A DNA stretch of 64,000 bases, taken from positions 12,836,001 through 12,900,000 of the forward strand of contig CM075989.1 of NCBI GenBank assembly GCA_038087875.1, in the 5' to 3' direction. The position numbers were made by a program, and so were the translations under genes. This document shows positions 1 to 13,500 of the stretch, in pieces (positions within the stretch are counted from its first letter, which is position 1; each line of letters opens with the position of its first letter). Source of the DNA: Malacoraja senta. Taxonomy: Eukaryota. The notes below the pieces were generated by a model. The model was not told the DNA's origin, did not search any database, and saw nothing but the letters and a program-made list of their open reading frames with translations.

Positions 1-332
1 GGACTCGGGGTCTCGGAGTGAGCGCTTCTGGTCTCCGCAAGCCCGGGGTCGGGGCTGCTGGTCGTGTGAAGCCCTGGGTCGGTGCTTCTAGTCCCGGGGA
101 GCCTGGGGTGTGGATTCCGGGTCCCGGGGAGCTGGGTGTGCGAGCTGCCAGATGTTGTGACCTGCAACAGTCTTCTGCTGTAAGGGAAGGAGGCGCCTCC
201 GGCTCCCGCTCCCCACAGCGTTGATCCCGGCCAGGACCCGGTGGGGAACCGCGAGAGTGAGCAAATGGTCAGCGCTGCGAGCAGAAAGACCACCCGGCGC
301 CAGCTCAGTCTCCTCCTGCGCCCCGGAAACAT
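1..332 (-). CDS. SLC24A1: Partial 5' coding exon of probable rod Na+/Ca2+-K+ exchanger NCKX1 (continues off the left edge)
   Basis: Open frame from ATG at 332 (in-frame TGA upstream): MFPGRRRRLSWRRVVFLLAALTICSLSRF...YSRRLLQVTTSG... The basic RRRRL-W-R-x-x-FLL start plus hydrophobic segment matches my recollection of NCKX1 N-termini. It is followed by a Ser/Thr/Pro-rich loop. SLC24A1 is near CILP/MTFMT in human 15q22. Not in the ORF track because it is truncated by the window edge. Confidence 0.72.
   Translation of the reverse strand, partial: MFPGRRRRLSWRRVVFLLAALTICSLSRFPTGSWPGSTLWGAGAGGASFPYSRRLLQVTTSGSSHTQLPGTRNPHPRLPGTRSTDPGLHTTSSPDPGLAETRSAHSETPS
31..140. repeat. Degenerate 30-bp tandem repeat (about 4 units) inside the SLC24A1 coding frame
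   Basis: Units start GTC at 31, 61, 91 and 121 (e.g. GTCCCGGGGAGCCTGGGGTGTGGATTCCGG). They encode 10-aa repeats such as LPGTRNPHPR / LPGTRSTDPG. Confidence 0.75.
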
Positions 333-549
333 CCCGTCTCCGTTCCTCAACGCTCCAATGTCCAATGTTGGAAATTTACACCAGGCCCATCAGCGGTGCC
401 CCGGCGGCGAGCCTGTGTCCCCGCGGTGAATGGGGAGATGGTCCCCGCTCCTGGATCACAGGCTCATTTTCAGCGTCGCCCAACCCTTGGCTTCTCGGTC
501 GAAAGAGATTTGGGAGAAGGTGAGCGCGGCAGTTTTAAGCCGGGATCTG

Positions 550-898
550 TAATCAGATCTGCGCAGCTCGCCCGCCCTGAACCTGATCCTCCGGCGGGCG
601 GAGGGGGAGGCAGCCCCGAGCACCGACTAACCAGGGCGCCAAGCCGATGTTAATCAGGCTCCCGACCGACCAGCACAATCTTGACCCATTTCTGCAGAAG
701 AAAGAACAACTCGGGGACCGGTGTCTATGGAAACTGAAATAATTTACTCTCTGAATACTCAAGCAATTCTAATCAGATGTCATTAAATATTCGGTGAATC
801 TGATTAAGGATTCTTTTCCTTCACGCCCTGTCGCACTTCCACCCTAAAGTTAGTGACTTTGACCACCGAGCCTACTATGCCTCTCATCTTTATATAAA
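550..898 (-). promoter_or_regulatory. Candidate photoreceptor (CRX/OTX-type) regulatory region upstream of SLC24A1
   Basis: TAATCAG at 550, 651, 770 and reverse copy CTGATTA at 800. TATA-like TATATAAAG on the minus strand near 890. Possible splice acceptor (ttctttcttctgcag, minus strand) at about 692. Confidence 0.45.
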
Positions 899-1484
899 CC
901 TAAGGGAAAACAATTAGTCTGTATAACTTTTCCTGATCGCAAATAATCTCTAATGCAGGCATCGTCCTGGCGAACCTCTTCTGTCCCCTCTCCAGAATCT
1001 CCACAACCTTCCTGTGATGTGAAACCAGAACTGCCCGCAATACTCCACATGTGGCCCTACAAAAGTTTTATACAGCTGCAACGTTACCCTCCGGCTTTTT
1101 CACAATGTCCCCACTGCTGAAGGCAAGAATGTGGTACCTTCACTACCATCCTAGCTACCTGTTCAGCCATTTTCAGGATCCCCCCCTGTTCAATGTCCTT
1201 AAGTGTCGTGCCTTTTACTGTACATTTTCTTCTTACATTTCATCTTTCAAAATGCAACACTTTTCACTTTTTCGGCGTAAACTCCCCCATATTTCCAACT
1301 GGCGTGTATCCTGTTGTATTCTTTGACAACATTATTCACTATCCATAACTCTGCTATTTTTCACGTTATCTACAAAACTTTCCAACCAACACATTTATAC
1401 TGACTTCCAAATTATTTATATATATATCATAAACAACAGAGATCCCAGCACTGATCCCCACATCACAGACCTCGGGGCAGAATC

Positions 1485-1614
1485 GCCCCCCCCCTCCCCC
1501 CTCCCCCTCCCCCCTCTCCCCTCCCCCTCCCCCTCCCCCCTCCCCCCTCCCCCTCCCCCCTCCCCCTCCCCCCTCCCCCCTCCCCCTCCCCCCTCCCCCT
1601 CCCCCCTCCCCCCC
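1485..1614. repeat. (CCCCCT)n polypyrimidine/polypurine tract; G-quadruplex/triplex-capable
   Basis: Direct reading: about 130 bp of C-runs separated by single T. Confidence 0.95.
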
Positions 1615-4600
1615 TACCATTACCCCCACTGTCTTCTATGAAAGAAGAATTTTGAATCCAGTACATCATGGCACCTTGGGGGAGGGGAGTGGGGATCCCA
1701 TGTGTCTTATACCTCGGATCATCCTAGCACGAAGGCTGCTCATCTGAACAAAAGGATGTACTAGCAATCGGTGGAATGCAGCGCAGATTCACCAGGGTTG
1801 TCCAGGAATGTTAGGTTTGCGCATGGGGAGAGATTTCGTGGAGTTTGGAAGAATTAGAGGTGATTTCATGTAAATTTATCACAATCCTTCGAGGCCTGGA
1901 CAGAGTTGATGATGGGGGGCGTTTTCCTTGGCTGAAGAGTCTTGAATCAGAATAAGGGCTCATAATCGTCCCACCCTGGTCATTCCCTCTCCCTGCACCC
2001 GTCCTGCAGTAGATATAGAAGCTGGAAAGCGCGCAACGCCAGACACAGAAACATCTTTTTCCCTTCGTTATCAGGCTTCTGAACAGTCCTTCTATAAAGC
2101 CAAGATACTGTTCCATTCACCTCTACCCCATTGAGGACATTCGATTTTGTGTAAGGAACTGGTGCGCTGCAATGCTGAAAACTATATTCTGCACTCTGTA
2201 TCTCGCCCGTTGCTCTCTCTTTTGTACGACTTTGAACTGATTACAACTATGTATGTTGGATCTGTTTAGATAGCTTGCAAACTAAAGTTTATCACCGTGC
2301 CTCGCTATTTGTGGTAATAATAAACTTAACCTAAGGGGTAAACAGTTTAGAACCAACGAGAGGAAAATGTCTTCATCCGAGACTGGATATATTTTGAAAT
2401 TCCCAACCAGAAGGGCTGTGGATTCTTGGTCCTTAAAGATTCATTCAACGTTGAAACCCGTAGATCTTCTATCGATACTCTGGCATTAAATAAATCAAGA
2501 GATTTGGGGACAGGGCGGGAAAATGGTGCCGGGATCAGCCATGATCTTGTGGATCCCCGGGAACTACATGGCCTCCTGTTCACATATTTCCTTTATTCTT
2601 ATTGTGATCAATCATTATTACTTATTTTACAGACTCGGGATAAGATGGTGCCGAGCCAGAGGGGTGTGGGGCATTACAGGCCAGGTGCGAAGCAGTGTAG
2701 TCCCGGGAGACTCATTACAGTCCCGGTGGGACCTTTCCCCCGGAGGACAGCTGGAGAACGCGCCGAGCGTTGTTTAGACGCCTTGCTTCTTTCCACTGCG
2801 TTTTATTGGAGGTCTGTCTCTCCGGAACCGAGTTTCAGCACCTCGGACAGAGACACGGTTCCAGCCGACCCAGAGCCTGGGTCCAGGACTGCGGGTTGGT
2901 ACCGCGCAGGGGACCGCGAATGAATGGGGGAGGCCCCATCCTTCTCTCTAGTTGATTGATGGCTGGCTGGTGGCTGTGTCCGGCCAGAACTAGAGGCTGG
3001 AGTTCACTCAATGATCGATTGCTGGTAAAGAACTTTGCTTAAATAAAAGAGATAGGATTGTTGGTATCCACACTCCAGACAGCCCCTGAGAGACCCGGTG
3101 GTGGAGTAAGACTCTCCAAATAAATGTGGGTAAGTCTGCCGAATTGTATATGTATACCAAACATAAAACCTTTACTTATAATAGGATTAGTCATTGGGAA
3201 ATCCATAAATTAGATTTAGCGTTCATAGAGCGGGATCTTTTGAAGAATATCTGGGTGCGAGGATTGACCGGATCGGATGATTTAGCGAGAGCCCAGTGCA
3301 ATTAGCCATCTGGTTAGACAAGACCAGGCTTAAACCTAATGAGAAAGCTAAGCTTGCTAAAGAGTTCGTGATATATCTATTTTATCCTTTAATCTTGGAC
3401 GAGTTTCGCAAAACACGTCGTCAAATTTGGATGACGTTTCCAGAAAGTTTGTCAAAGATATATTACATCTCCCAATTAGTGTTGGTGATGGTCTTTTGCC
3501 CTGCAGGGTTCGTAATTGGGCCTTGATATCCCCAAACTGTTCATCGTTACGATTATTAGAAAGTTAGGTTTAATAAAATCGCCCTTATGTACTTTAGATA
3601 TGCGAGGGTTAGGGAACTGAAGTATGTCAAGGACCATAATGGCAGGACACGTAATATACGTCTTGAAACCATTGGTAATAATATGGCAGGGGTTAATGTG
3701 AGTGGATGGGGGGAAGTGTTCATTCAGTCAACTATCCTTCCAGTGCAAGTTTTGCTTATTATAAGGATAGTCTCAACTCCAACTGGTGAATTAAGCGGTC
3801 GAACTCGTTTTTTTAAGTCCAACTTGCAAGGTAAAGGTAATACGTTTGCTCTGGATTCTGGAATGCAGACTTCGGTGACGTGATCTGTCGCAGGTGCCGC
3901 TGTCTTCTAATGTTCGATTACAGATATCTGGATGGATGATATACACTTTAGGGATTTGTAAAATTTTGGTAATCCACTCTCTGGATATCTTGATAGTTCT
4001 CCATCGGACTCTGTTGAAAGAGAAGAGGCAAAGGGATACACGTGCTTTGCAAACTAACGTCATTTGGAAGGCAGCACCTGTGGCTCCCAGCGGAAGACTC
4101 CCCTGACCACACGCCGAGGCCTCTCCCTGCGTCCCCTTCCTACTGGCTGGGGCACCCGTTCCTGCTTTAGAAATTCGCCTGGTTCCGTGTCCCGCACTCT
4201 TTTTACATTTACCGGGGCATTGTTATAAAGAACAGTACAGCACAGAAAGAGGCCCTTCGGCCCACAATGTCTGTACCGATTATGATGCCAATCTAAATTT
4301 ACCCTACCTGCCTGCACATGAGCCGTATCCCTCTACTCCCTGCCCGCTCATCCATGTGTTGGTCTAAATGCCTCTTAAAAGTTGATATTGCGTCTGCTTG
4401 CATCACATTCCCTGGCAGTAGAATCCAGGCGCCCACTCCAACGTGTGGAAAACACTCGGGGTCTCGCATCTTAATCCTGTTCCCTCTAGTATTTGAGAAT
4501 CAGGGTAATCCCTCTAGTTCCCCACGCTTTCTTTAAACTTAGGGCTGATAGTAATAATTATCATTCTACCGTATAACGTTCACACACGATAGCTCGTCCG

Positions 4601-5275
4601 GTACCAGGTGTTACGGGTGCAGAGAATTAAAGGAGTTTTATTGTAAAACAGCAGTCTGGAAGCAAGAGTGAACAGGTAAAACTCCTTTAACGCGAAGCAT
4701 TAGTGTTGCCGGACAAACGGGTGTTTTGAATTAGTGCTCCATTACATCTTGAATTCACTATTCTTTCTTTAAATGTTGCACAGAAGAATAAATAACACAT
4801 TTTGTGGTTAGAAGGAGCGTCGGACACAGACGCGGGAGAGTTTAGCTGAGCGGGAGGTTCACTCCTCGGCTTCATGGAGCCCAGGTTCGGCTGCAGAGAG
4901 CAGGAAGGCCGGGAGAGGGCGGTGGCGTTGCGCGGGGAGTACAACGAGCTCCGAAATCTCGGCTGACCCAAGCAGAATGTGGCAAAAGACAAAGTGCTGG
5001 AGTAACAGCGGGTCGGGTAGCATCTCTGGAGAAAAAGGATGGGTGAAGTTTCGGGTCGGGACCCTTCTTCAGACCTCAAACAGCACCTATCCATGTTCTC
5101 CAGAGACCTACCTGACCCACTGAGTTACTCCAACACTTTGCTATAACTCAGCATCTGCAGTTCCTTCCTATTACAGACCGCGGATAAAGACAAGTACAGT
5201 CCATTTAAAATGTAAACACGGGAAAGAAATTCCAGATACCTAGGCAACAGCCTTGCCCCCATTTAATCTTCAATT

Positions 5276-5475
5276 AGGACGGCACAGCGGGAGAATTGCT
5301 GTCTTTCAACGCCGTAGACCCGAGTTCGATCCCGACTACGGGTGCTGTCAGCATGGAGTTTGTACGTTCTCCCCGTGACCGCGTGGGCTTTATCCAGGTG
5401 CTCCGGTTTCCTTCCACACTCCAAAGGCGTACAGGTTTGTAGGTTAATTGGCTTCAGTAAAACATGTAGGTTGCT
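5276..5475 (+). mobile_element. tRNA-derived SINE (related copies at about 18930-19170, 22490-22760, 35620-35890, 54900-55060, 55210-55440, 58600-58830)
   Basis: B-box-like GAGTTCGATCC followed by the recurrent core tgtgtggagtttg(c/t)acgttctccccgtg...ctccggtttcctcccacactccaaagacgt...gtaggttaattggc. Confidence 0.7.
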
Positions 5476-5933
5476 CGCAGTGTGAGGTGTACATTACTCC
5501 AAGTACATTACTCAAGTTAAATGGTTTAATGCTAATTATCTTTATTCATTTTTTATCCATGAGTGAATCATGACAATGAAAATTTTTGCGAATTCTCAGA
5601 GATAGTGTTGATTCTTAAAGCAGTTTGGTTTCAATGTCACAGGCAAAAATGCAATCAGGTACTTCACCTAGAAAGGTGGAAGAGAGATTGGAGCAGGATA
5701 AAGCTTGTCGAGTAATAGGTAGATACGGGTGAAGGGATGATTGAAGGCCAGTGAGGAAAAGAGAAAAGATGTGAGATAAGGATTGAACAGTTGTGAATTG
5801 TGAAGCTAGAGGATGGAAGTAAATGGGAGGAGAGAAATAGGTGCAAGTCCAGGTGGGCTGGGGTATGGTTATATACATAAAAATGGAGAATTCAATGTTT
5901 GTATGGTTGGGCTGTAAGCTATCCAAGTAGACT

Positions 5934-7925
5934 ATAGAAATATAGAAAATAGGTGCAGGAGTAGGCCATTCGGCCCTTCGAGCCTTCACAGCCATTCAAT
6001 ATGATCATGGCTGATCATCCAACTCAGTATCCTGTACCTGCCTTCTCTCCATACCCCCTGATCCCTTTAGCCACAAGGGCCACATCTAACTCCCTCTTAA
6101 ATATAGCCAATGAACTGGCCTCAACTACCTTCTGTGGCAGAGAATTCCACAGATTCACCACTCTCTGTGTGAAAAATGATTTTCTCATCTCGGTCCTAAA
6201 AGAATTCCCCCTTATCCTTAAACTGTGACCCCTTGTTCTGGACTTCCCCAACATCGGGAACAATCTTCCTGCATCTAGCCTGTCCAACCCCTTAAGAATT
6301 TTGTAAGTTTCTATAAGATCCCCCCTCAATCTTCTAAATTCTAGCAAGTACAAGCCGAGTCTATCCAGTCTTTCTTCATATGAAAGTCCTGCCATCCCAG
6401 GAATCAGTCTGGTGAACCTTCTCTGTACTCCCTCTATGGCAAGAATGTCTTTCCTCAGATTAGGAGACCAAAACTGTACGCAATACTCCAGATGTGGCCT
6501 CACCAAGACCCTGTACAACTGCAGTAGATGTACAGCATCTACTCTTATACTCAAATCCTTTTCCTATGAATGCTAACATACCATTCGCTTTCTTCACTGC
6601 CTGTTGCACCTGCATGCCTACTTTCAATGACTGGTGTACCATGACACCCAGGTCTCGTTGCATCTCCCCTTTTCCTAATCGGCCACCATTCAGATAATAG
6701 TCTACTTTCCTGTTTTTGCAACCAAAGTGGATAACCTCACATTTATCCACATTATACTGCATCTGCCATGCATTTTCCCACTCACCCAACCTATCTAAGT
6801 CACCTTGCAGCCTCCTAGCATCCTCCTCACAGCTAACACTGCCCCCAGCTTCGTGTCATCCACAAACTTGGAGATGTTGCATTCAATTCCCTCATCCAGA
6901 TCATTAATATATATTGTAAGTAGCTGGGGTCCCAGCACTGAGCCTTGCGGTACCCCACTAGTCACTGCCTGCCATTCTGAAAATGACCCGTTTACTCCTA
7001 CTCTTTGCTTCCTGTCTGCCAGCCAGTTCTCTATCCACATCAATACTGAACCCCCAATACCGTGTGCTTTAAGTTTGCATACTAATCTCTTATGTGGGAC
7101 CTTGTCGAAAGCCTTCTGAAAGTCCAGATATAACACATCCACTGGTTCTCCCTTATCCACTCTACTAGTTACACCCTCGAAAAATTCTATAAGATTCGTC
7201 AGACATGATTTACCTTTCATAAATCCATGCTGACTTTGTCCAATGATATCACCACTTTCCAAATATGCTGCTATCCCATCTTTAATAACTGACTAGTATT
7301 TTCCCCACTACCGATGTTAGACTAACTGGTCTGTAATTCCCCATTTTCTCTCTCCCTCCCTTTTTAAAAAGTGGGGTTACATTAGCCACCCTCCAATCCT
7401 CAGGAACTACTCCAGAATCTAAAGAGTTTTGAAAAATTATCACTAATGCATCCACTATTTCTGGGGCTACTTCCTTAAGTACTCTGGGATGCAGCCTATC
7501 TGGCCCTGGGGATTTATTGGCCTTTAATCCATTCAATTTACCTAACACCACTTCCCGGCTAACCTGGATTTCACTCAGTTCCTCCATCTCATTTGACCCC
7601 CGGTCCCCTGCTATTTCCGGCAGATTATTTATGTCTTCCTTAGTGAAGACAGAACCAAAGTAGTTATTCAATTGGTCTGCCATGTCCTTGTTCCCCATGA
7701 TCAATTCACCAGTTTCTGACTATAAGGGACCTACATTTGTTTTAACTAATCTTTTTCACTTCACATATCTATAAAAACGTTTGCAGTCAGTTTTTATGTT
7801 CCCAGCCAGTTTTCTTTCATAATCTATTTTCCCTTTCCTAATTAAGCCCTTTGTCCTCCTCTGCTGGACTCTGAATTTCTCCCAGTCCTCTGGTAGGCTG
7901 CTTTTTCTGGCTAATTTGTATGCAT
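5934..7925 (-). mobile_element. CR1 LINE, 5'-truncated, frameshifted ORF2 (reverse transcriptase)
   Basis: ORF pieces with [70 protein letters not shown]. The 3' tail is (tttctata)-type at 5934-5950. Confidence 0.95.
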
Positions 7926-8570
7926 TTGTATGAGGTGCTGTTCCTCCAGTTTGCATGTGGCCTCCCTCTCTGGTGATGGAGGAGGCCCAGGACAGAAAGG
8001 TCAGTATGGGGATGGGAAGAGGAGTTAAAATAGTTAGCAACCAGAAGATCCAGCAGGCTTTGGCAGACCAAGTGCAAGAGTTGCCAAGTTCACGCTTGGC
8101 CTTGTCGATGTATAGGAGGCCACATCCAGAACACAGAATGCAGTAGACATGGTTAGAGGAGATTCACTGGAACTTCTGTCTCACCTGGAGGGAATGCTGG
8201 GGTCTCTGGATGGATGTGAAGGAGGAGGTATAGGGACAGGTTTACATCATCTGCAGTTGCAGGGGAAAGTATCTGGGCAGGGATGACTTGGTTGGCTAGA
8301 AATGAATGAACCCAGGAGTTGCGGACGGTGCGGTCTCTGTGGAAGGCAGAAATGGGTGGGAATGGGAAGATGTGACGGTGGTGGATTCATGTTGAAGGTG
8401 GTGGAAATGTTAGAGAATCCCTTCCCCGGCCCCCCACCACCACCACAATCAGCTTGAAGAAGGGTCTGACCCGAAACATCATCTATCCATGTTCTCCAGA
8501 GATGCTGCCTGAGCCGCTGAAATACACTTGCACTTTGTGTCTTTTGTAAACGAGCATCCGCAGTTCCTTG
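7926..8570 (-). mobile_element. Penelope-like retroelement remnant (GIY-YIG endonuclease region plus terminal repeat)
   Basis: Degenerate coding 'HTDLSVLGLLH', same family as 55500-55890, followed by the common gaagaagggtc..gacccgaaac repeat. Confidence 0.6.
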
Positions 8571-11339
8571 TGTTTTATCCCATTTTAACAACTGTCGGTT
8601 CTAACCTCTCCCAGATTAAAAAAGGTCCCATCTCAAACACGAGGATTGGGCAGCTTCCAGGAACTACTAATTCACCCACGCCATTGCCACTGTAGACAAA
8701 TTATAACCCAGTCTAGAAAGGAAAAAATATTTTAAATCATATGCAGTACATAATTTTTCACAGAGACCACTGGCTGCTACTAAACTGCTGCAGGCACCAT
8801 TCCCAAATTAAATTCCCAAATGCAAAGCATCTGGGCTCCTGAAATCTACTCCAGCCTAGTTCCTTCACAGGCAGAAAGATAAACCTTCAGGAAATGAAAC
8901 AAATGTAAGGAATCGAATTCCCACACCAACAGTGGTTGCTAAATCTTTGTTAGTGTGTCCAGGCCACATTCACCAGACTGAGAGTGAAGCAGGTGGGCAC
9001 GGTTGTTAAACTGAAAGGGACCTCTGGGCTGGCGAAGTGAGTTGTAGCTGGAGAACAATTGTTGACCTTTTCCTACATTTTAACCCCCACAGAATGCACT
9101 ACACCTTCTTAAACAAATGTCTCGACTCTACATTAGCTGCAAAGCTCCATCAAGAACAGATGCAGATGGACTCGACTTGGTTTTAAGGGAAATTTAAATC
9201 ATCGTCCCACCTCAGCAATGCAGAATCTACTAAGGCATCTTACCCCACTCACAGGATGGACATCTCAAGATGAGGAAGTACCTACGATGGCCTTAAGCTT
9301 AAATGGAGAAACTGGATCAGTCATGGAAACAATGTGCACTTTAATTGATAAGTCAGACTCATCAGGAAAGAAAATGGTACCCCCACGCATTTAAAATAAA
9401 ACCTCAGACATCATCGTTAAGCCTGCAGCCAAAGGCAACAGTGCTGTCATCATGGGCAGGAAACAGTACTTGCTGGAAACACATTGGCAATCAAACAATA
9501 GGAAAAAAAACACAGTGCTGGAGGACCTCAGTGGATCAGGGAGAATCTGTGAACAGAATGGACAGATGACATTTTAGGTCAGCACCCTCTTCCTTCTTAT
9601 GGAGGGTCCGCACCTCAAATATTGTGTGTCCATTCCTTCCACAGATGCTGCCTGACCCATTGAGTTCCTCCATCACTTTATGTTTCGCTCAAGATTTCAG
9701 CATCTTGAGCAAAACACAAAGTGCTGGAGGAACTCAATGGGTCAGGCAGCATCTTTAGATGGACAGTTTCTTGTCCAAACAATAGAGAACACTGCACTAA
9801 ACTAACCAAGTCCATCTATAAAGAGACACAAAGGGAATATTTAGTGAGACACAATTAGAATACTACAATGGGAATCAGCCCTGAGCCGGAAAATTCTGAT
9901 CCATGGTCCTCACAGTCCAGTTTCCAAACCTCCATCTCCTGTCCCATCTCCCATCCGATCTCCACAATCATATCTCCACACTCGTGCTCCACACTCCTGT
10001 CCCATCTCCTCCCATTTCCATTTAAATATCTGGTAGCCTGTTTCTCCAGCCCTGTTTCTGTAGCCCTTATTAATGTTTGCAGTTGTTGTGATTTGGCTGA
10101 AGGGGCCTCTGAACCAAAGTGGAGCCGTCAATATGAATGAGACACATTGTTGTAGACCCATCTGATCTGCACAGCCATGGAATGCAGGCATTGGACCAAA
10201 CCTAGACTATTCCTCTGCTAATCATTTGCAGACCATAACCGTATGATGCAGACATTGGGAAATGCTGAGCTATACGCAATGTACAGAGTGGGTGTTGGAC
10301 GAGTCTGTGTCCTGGGATTTTCCTCCCACATCCTAATTAAACATTCCTCTTACTCACAGCTGCTTCAAGAGTGCAGCCAATATAGCTTCCATCTTCTTTG
10401 GTTAGGTCTTGTTTGTAAATTTAGTTTAGGAGAATTGTCGGTAAATTATTTTAGCAGAAATAATTGTTGAACATGAGAGATTGACTCATATTGAACCATT
10501 GTAAAAGCACCATTGATCCACAAGAAAGAACATAGAATAGTAGGAATACACGTCAAATAGTAGGAATATATGTAGAATAGAACATGAACAGGCCCTTCGG
10601 ACAACAAAGTCTGTGCCAAATATGATACCAAGGCCATCCCTTGTCTATCTGCACATAATCCATATCCATAATGCCTAGCCCAAAGTCTATTCAATGCCAC
10701 AATCATACCTGCCTCAACCACCAATCTTGCTAGAGTGCTCCAGGCACTCACCACCCTCTGTGTTAAAAAGAACTTGCCCCACACATCCCCTGCATCAATT
10801 GCGACTTGGTAAGTATGATTTTGATATGAGTAATTCTGAGGTGGCAAAGCTTGGTACTCCAGAAGGATTCAGATCACTCTTCAAGAAGAAAAACTATTTT
10901 TTTGCAGAGAATCCAAGAAATAAGCTGAACTAATGTCTAGTATATGCTACTTTGCCCACATGAACATTAATGGGCAGCCTTGCTCCAATTATGTACAATG
11001 ATGAATCTTAGTCACCACAACCTTGGTGAGGCCAGACAACTAATCGCATATTGTAATTATCTACTGGATTCAATGAGTCAGATGTTTTTACGTCCAAAAA
11101 ACACAGCAATGATTTTATACAAAGCTGTTGTGGCTTTTTTGAGTTGTATTGTGCTTATTTTGCTCATTTTTGACAAGAGCCTGTCTATAATAACATATGG
11201 TTAGTTTGACAGTCCAGTCACGTCAGTTTGTTGGAAAAGTGTAATCATTTCCTCCCATATGTTTTTTATATTTCTCATACACATTTACAGTTTCAATGTT
11301 TAAAAATTAAATTATACTGTTTCCAGTTCACTCATACAG

Positions 11340-12360
11340 TTACATAGTGTGGAAAAAGGCCATTCAGCCCACTTAGTGTCATAGAGTGATACAGCATGGA
11401 AACAGGCCTGTCAGCCCAACGCCCACACCAGACAATGTGTCCCAGCTACACTAGTCCCACCTGCCTGCGTTTTGTCTATATCCCTATCCATGTACCTATC
11501 CATGTACCTGTTTAACTGTCTCTTAAATGTTGGGATAGTCCCAGCCTCAACTATCTCTTCTGGCAGCTTGTTCCTTCAACCTGAGCCAGTCTCATTTGCC
11601 TTCATTTGGCCCATATCCATCTAAACCTTTTGTATCCATGAACCTGTCCAAATGCCATTTAAGTGTTGTATTTGTACCCTCCTCCACAGCTTCCTCTAGC
11701 ACCATCATCTGAGTGAAAAACATGCTTCTCTTTTTACCCTCTCACCTTAAATCTATGCTCTCTAATTTTAGAATCCCCTGAGAAAAAGTCTGTGACCACT
11801 CTGTCCCACATGGTTTTATAAGGTCACCCCTCAAAATCGTTTGCTCCAGGGAAAACAGTCAGAGCCTATCCAGTCTCTTCTATAGCTCAAACTGCTCATT
11901 CCTGACAATATCTTTGTGTATATTTGCTGCACCCCCTCTATCTTAATTACAAAATTCTTACACAAGGGCTACCAGAACTGCACACAAAGCTCCAGACACG
12001 GTCTCATCAACTTCTTATGTAACTGTTACAAAATGGCCAAACACTTGTACTCAATGCTCTGAATGATGAAGACAAGAATGTTATACCTTCATCTCCACCT
12101 TGTCCACCTATGTTGCTACTTTCAGAGAACTATGTACTTGCATCCCTAGCTCTCTGTTGGACAGCACTCCCCAGAGCGTTGTCATTTACTGTGTAAATCC
12201 TGCCCTGGTTTAATTTACCAAAATGCCAAACTGCACTTCTCTGAGTTCAATTCAACCTGCAATTCCTTTTATAACTTCCTCAGTTGATACAGATTCTGTT
12301 GCAACCTTGGACAATTTTCTTCACTGTCAACTACACCATCAAATTTGGTGTTTTCTGTAA
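11340..12360 (-). mobile_element. Old degenerate CR1 3' fragments
   Basis: Recognisable CR1 3' motifs (accagaactgcacaca, aggtcacccctc, ctatccagtctc) without an intact ORF. Confidence 0.6.
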
Positions 12361-12539
12361 GGGTTACTGAGTAATCAGGTATCATTATATAAGTAGTAGA
12401 AACAAAGAACTGCAGATGTTGGTTAATACACAAAAAGTACAGTTGGTAATGTAACTAGCAGCCCATGTTCTTAAAGAGACAGTGATGTCTGATTTCTGTG
12501 GAGACACTCTGTCCACTATAACTGAAATCCATTATAGAG

Positions 12540-13500
12540 GTTCATAATGACAAGGATTTACTATAGTGTTACAGCTGCAGAGAAAATGCAGAGAAATATA
12601 TGTGCAAGGACTACAACGAAGTAGATTGGAAAATAGAGAGTTCATCCTTAGCCCAAGTGAGGTCCGTTCAGTAATCGGATAATGGGGAAGAAGCTGTCCT
12701 TAAATCTGGTTGTTTGTGCTCTCAGGCTTTTTTATCTTCTGCCTGACGGGAGAGGGAAGAAGAGAAAGTGGTCCTTGAGTATGTTGGCTGCTTTCCCGAG
12801 GCAGTATGACGTGTAGATGGAGTCAATGCGGGCACAGGTGCCCTGTGTGATTTCCTGAGCCGCATCCACAACTCTCTGGAATTTCTTATCGTCTTGGGAA
12901 TGCTTTGTATGCTTGGAAATGCAAGAATTTCATTGTCCTATCTGGGACACCTGACAATAAACTCTCTTGACTTGACTTGTATGGTGCATCTGTAGAAATG
13001 ATGTCATTTCAGACAGGTCAAATTGCTTTTCTCCTCTGAGGAAGTAGAAGCTGGTATGTTTCCTTGGTCATCGTGCCATTGTGGTTGGTCCAGGACAAAG
13101 TGTTGGTGATATTTACGCCAAGTAACTTGAAGCTCTTGGCTATCTCCACTTCAGGACTATTGATGCAGACTGAGTCAGGTACACCACCTCACCAGTTCGA
13201 TCATTTTGTTCATATTGAAAGAGAGATTGTTGTCTTGACACTATGTTACTAAGTTCTCTGTCTCCTTTCTGTACTCTGTCTCGTCATTTTTTTAGGTCGG
13301 CCCACTGCAGTGGTATCATCAGCAAACCTGTAAATGGAGTCGGTGCAGAATTTGGCCGCACAATCTGAGTGTAAAGGGAGTATAGTAAGCGACTGAGACG
13401 CCAGTGTTGAGAAGGATCATGGAGGATGTTTGTCACCTAACCTTACTGATTGTGGTCCATGGGTCAGGAAGTTGAGGATCCTATTGCAAAGAGAGTTCTG
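12540..13500 (-). mobile_element. Rex1/L2-type LINE fragment (related pieces at about 15330-16130 and 51420-51980)
   Basis: Shared motifs gaagaagctgtcc..tctgg, gtagatggagtcaa. The 15753-16025 ORF 'VGLITNNDETEH...WCQDNNFSLNVSKRKELVI' is typical of the Rex1/Babar RT C-terminal region. Confidence 0.65.

Noticed and set aside
1366..1669. Gly/Arg-rich ORFs on the minus strand
   Set aside because: Translation of the (CCCCCT)n simple repeat.
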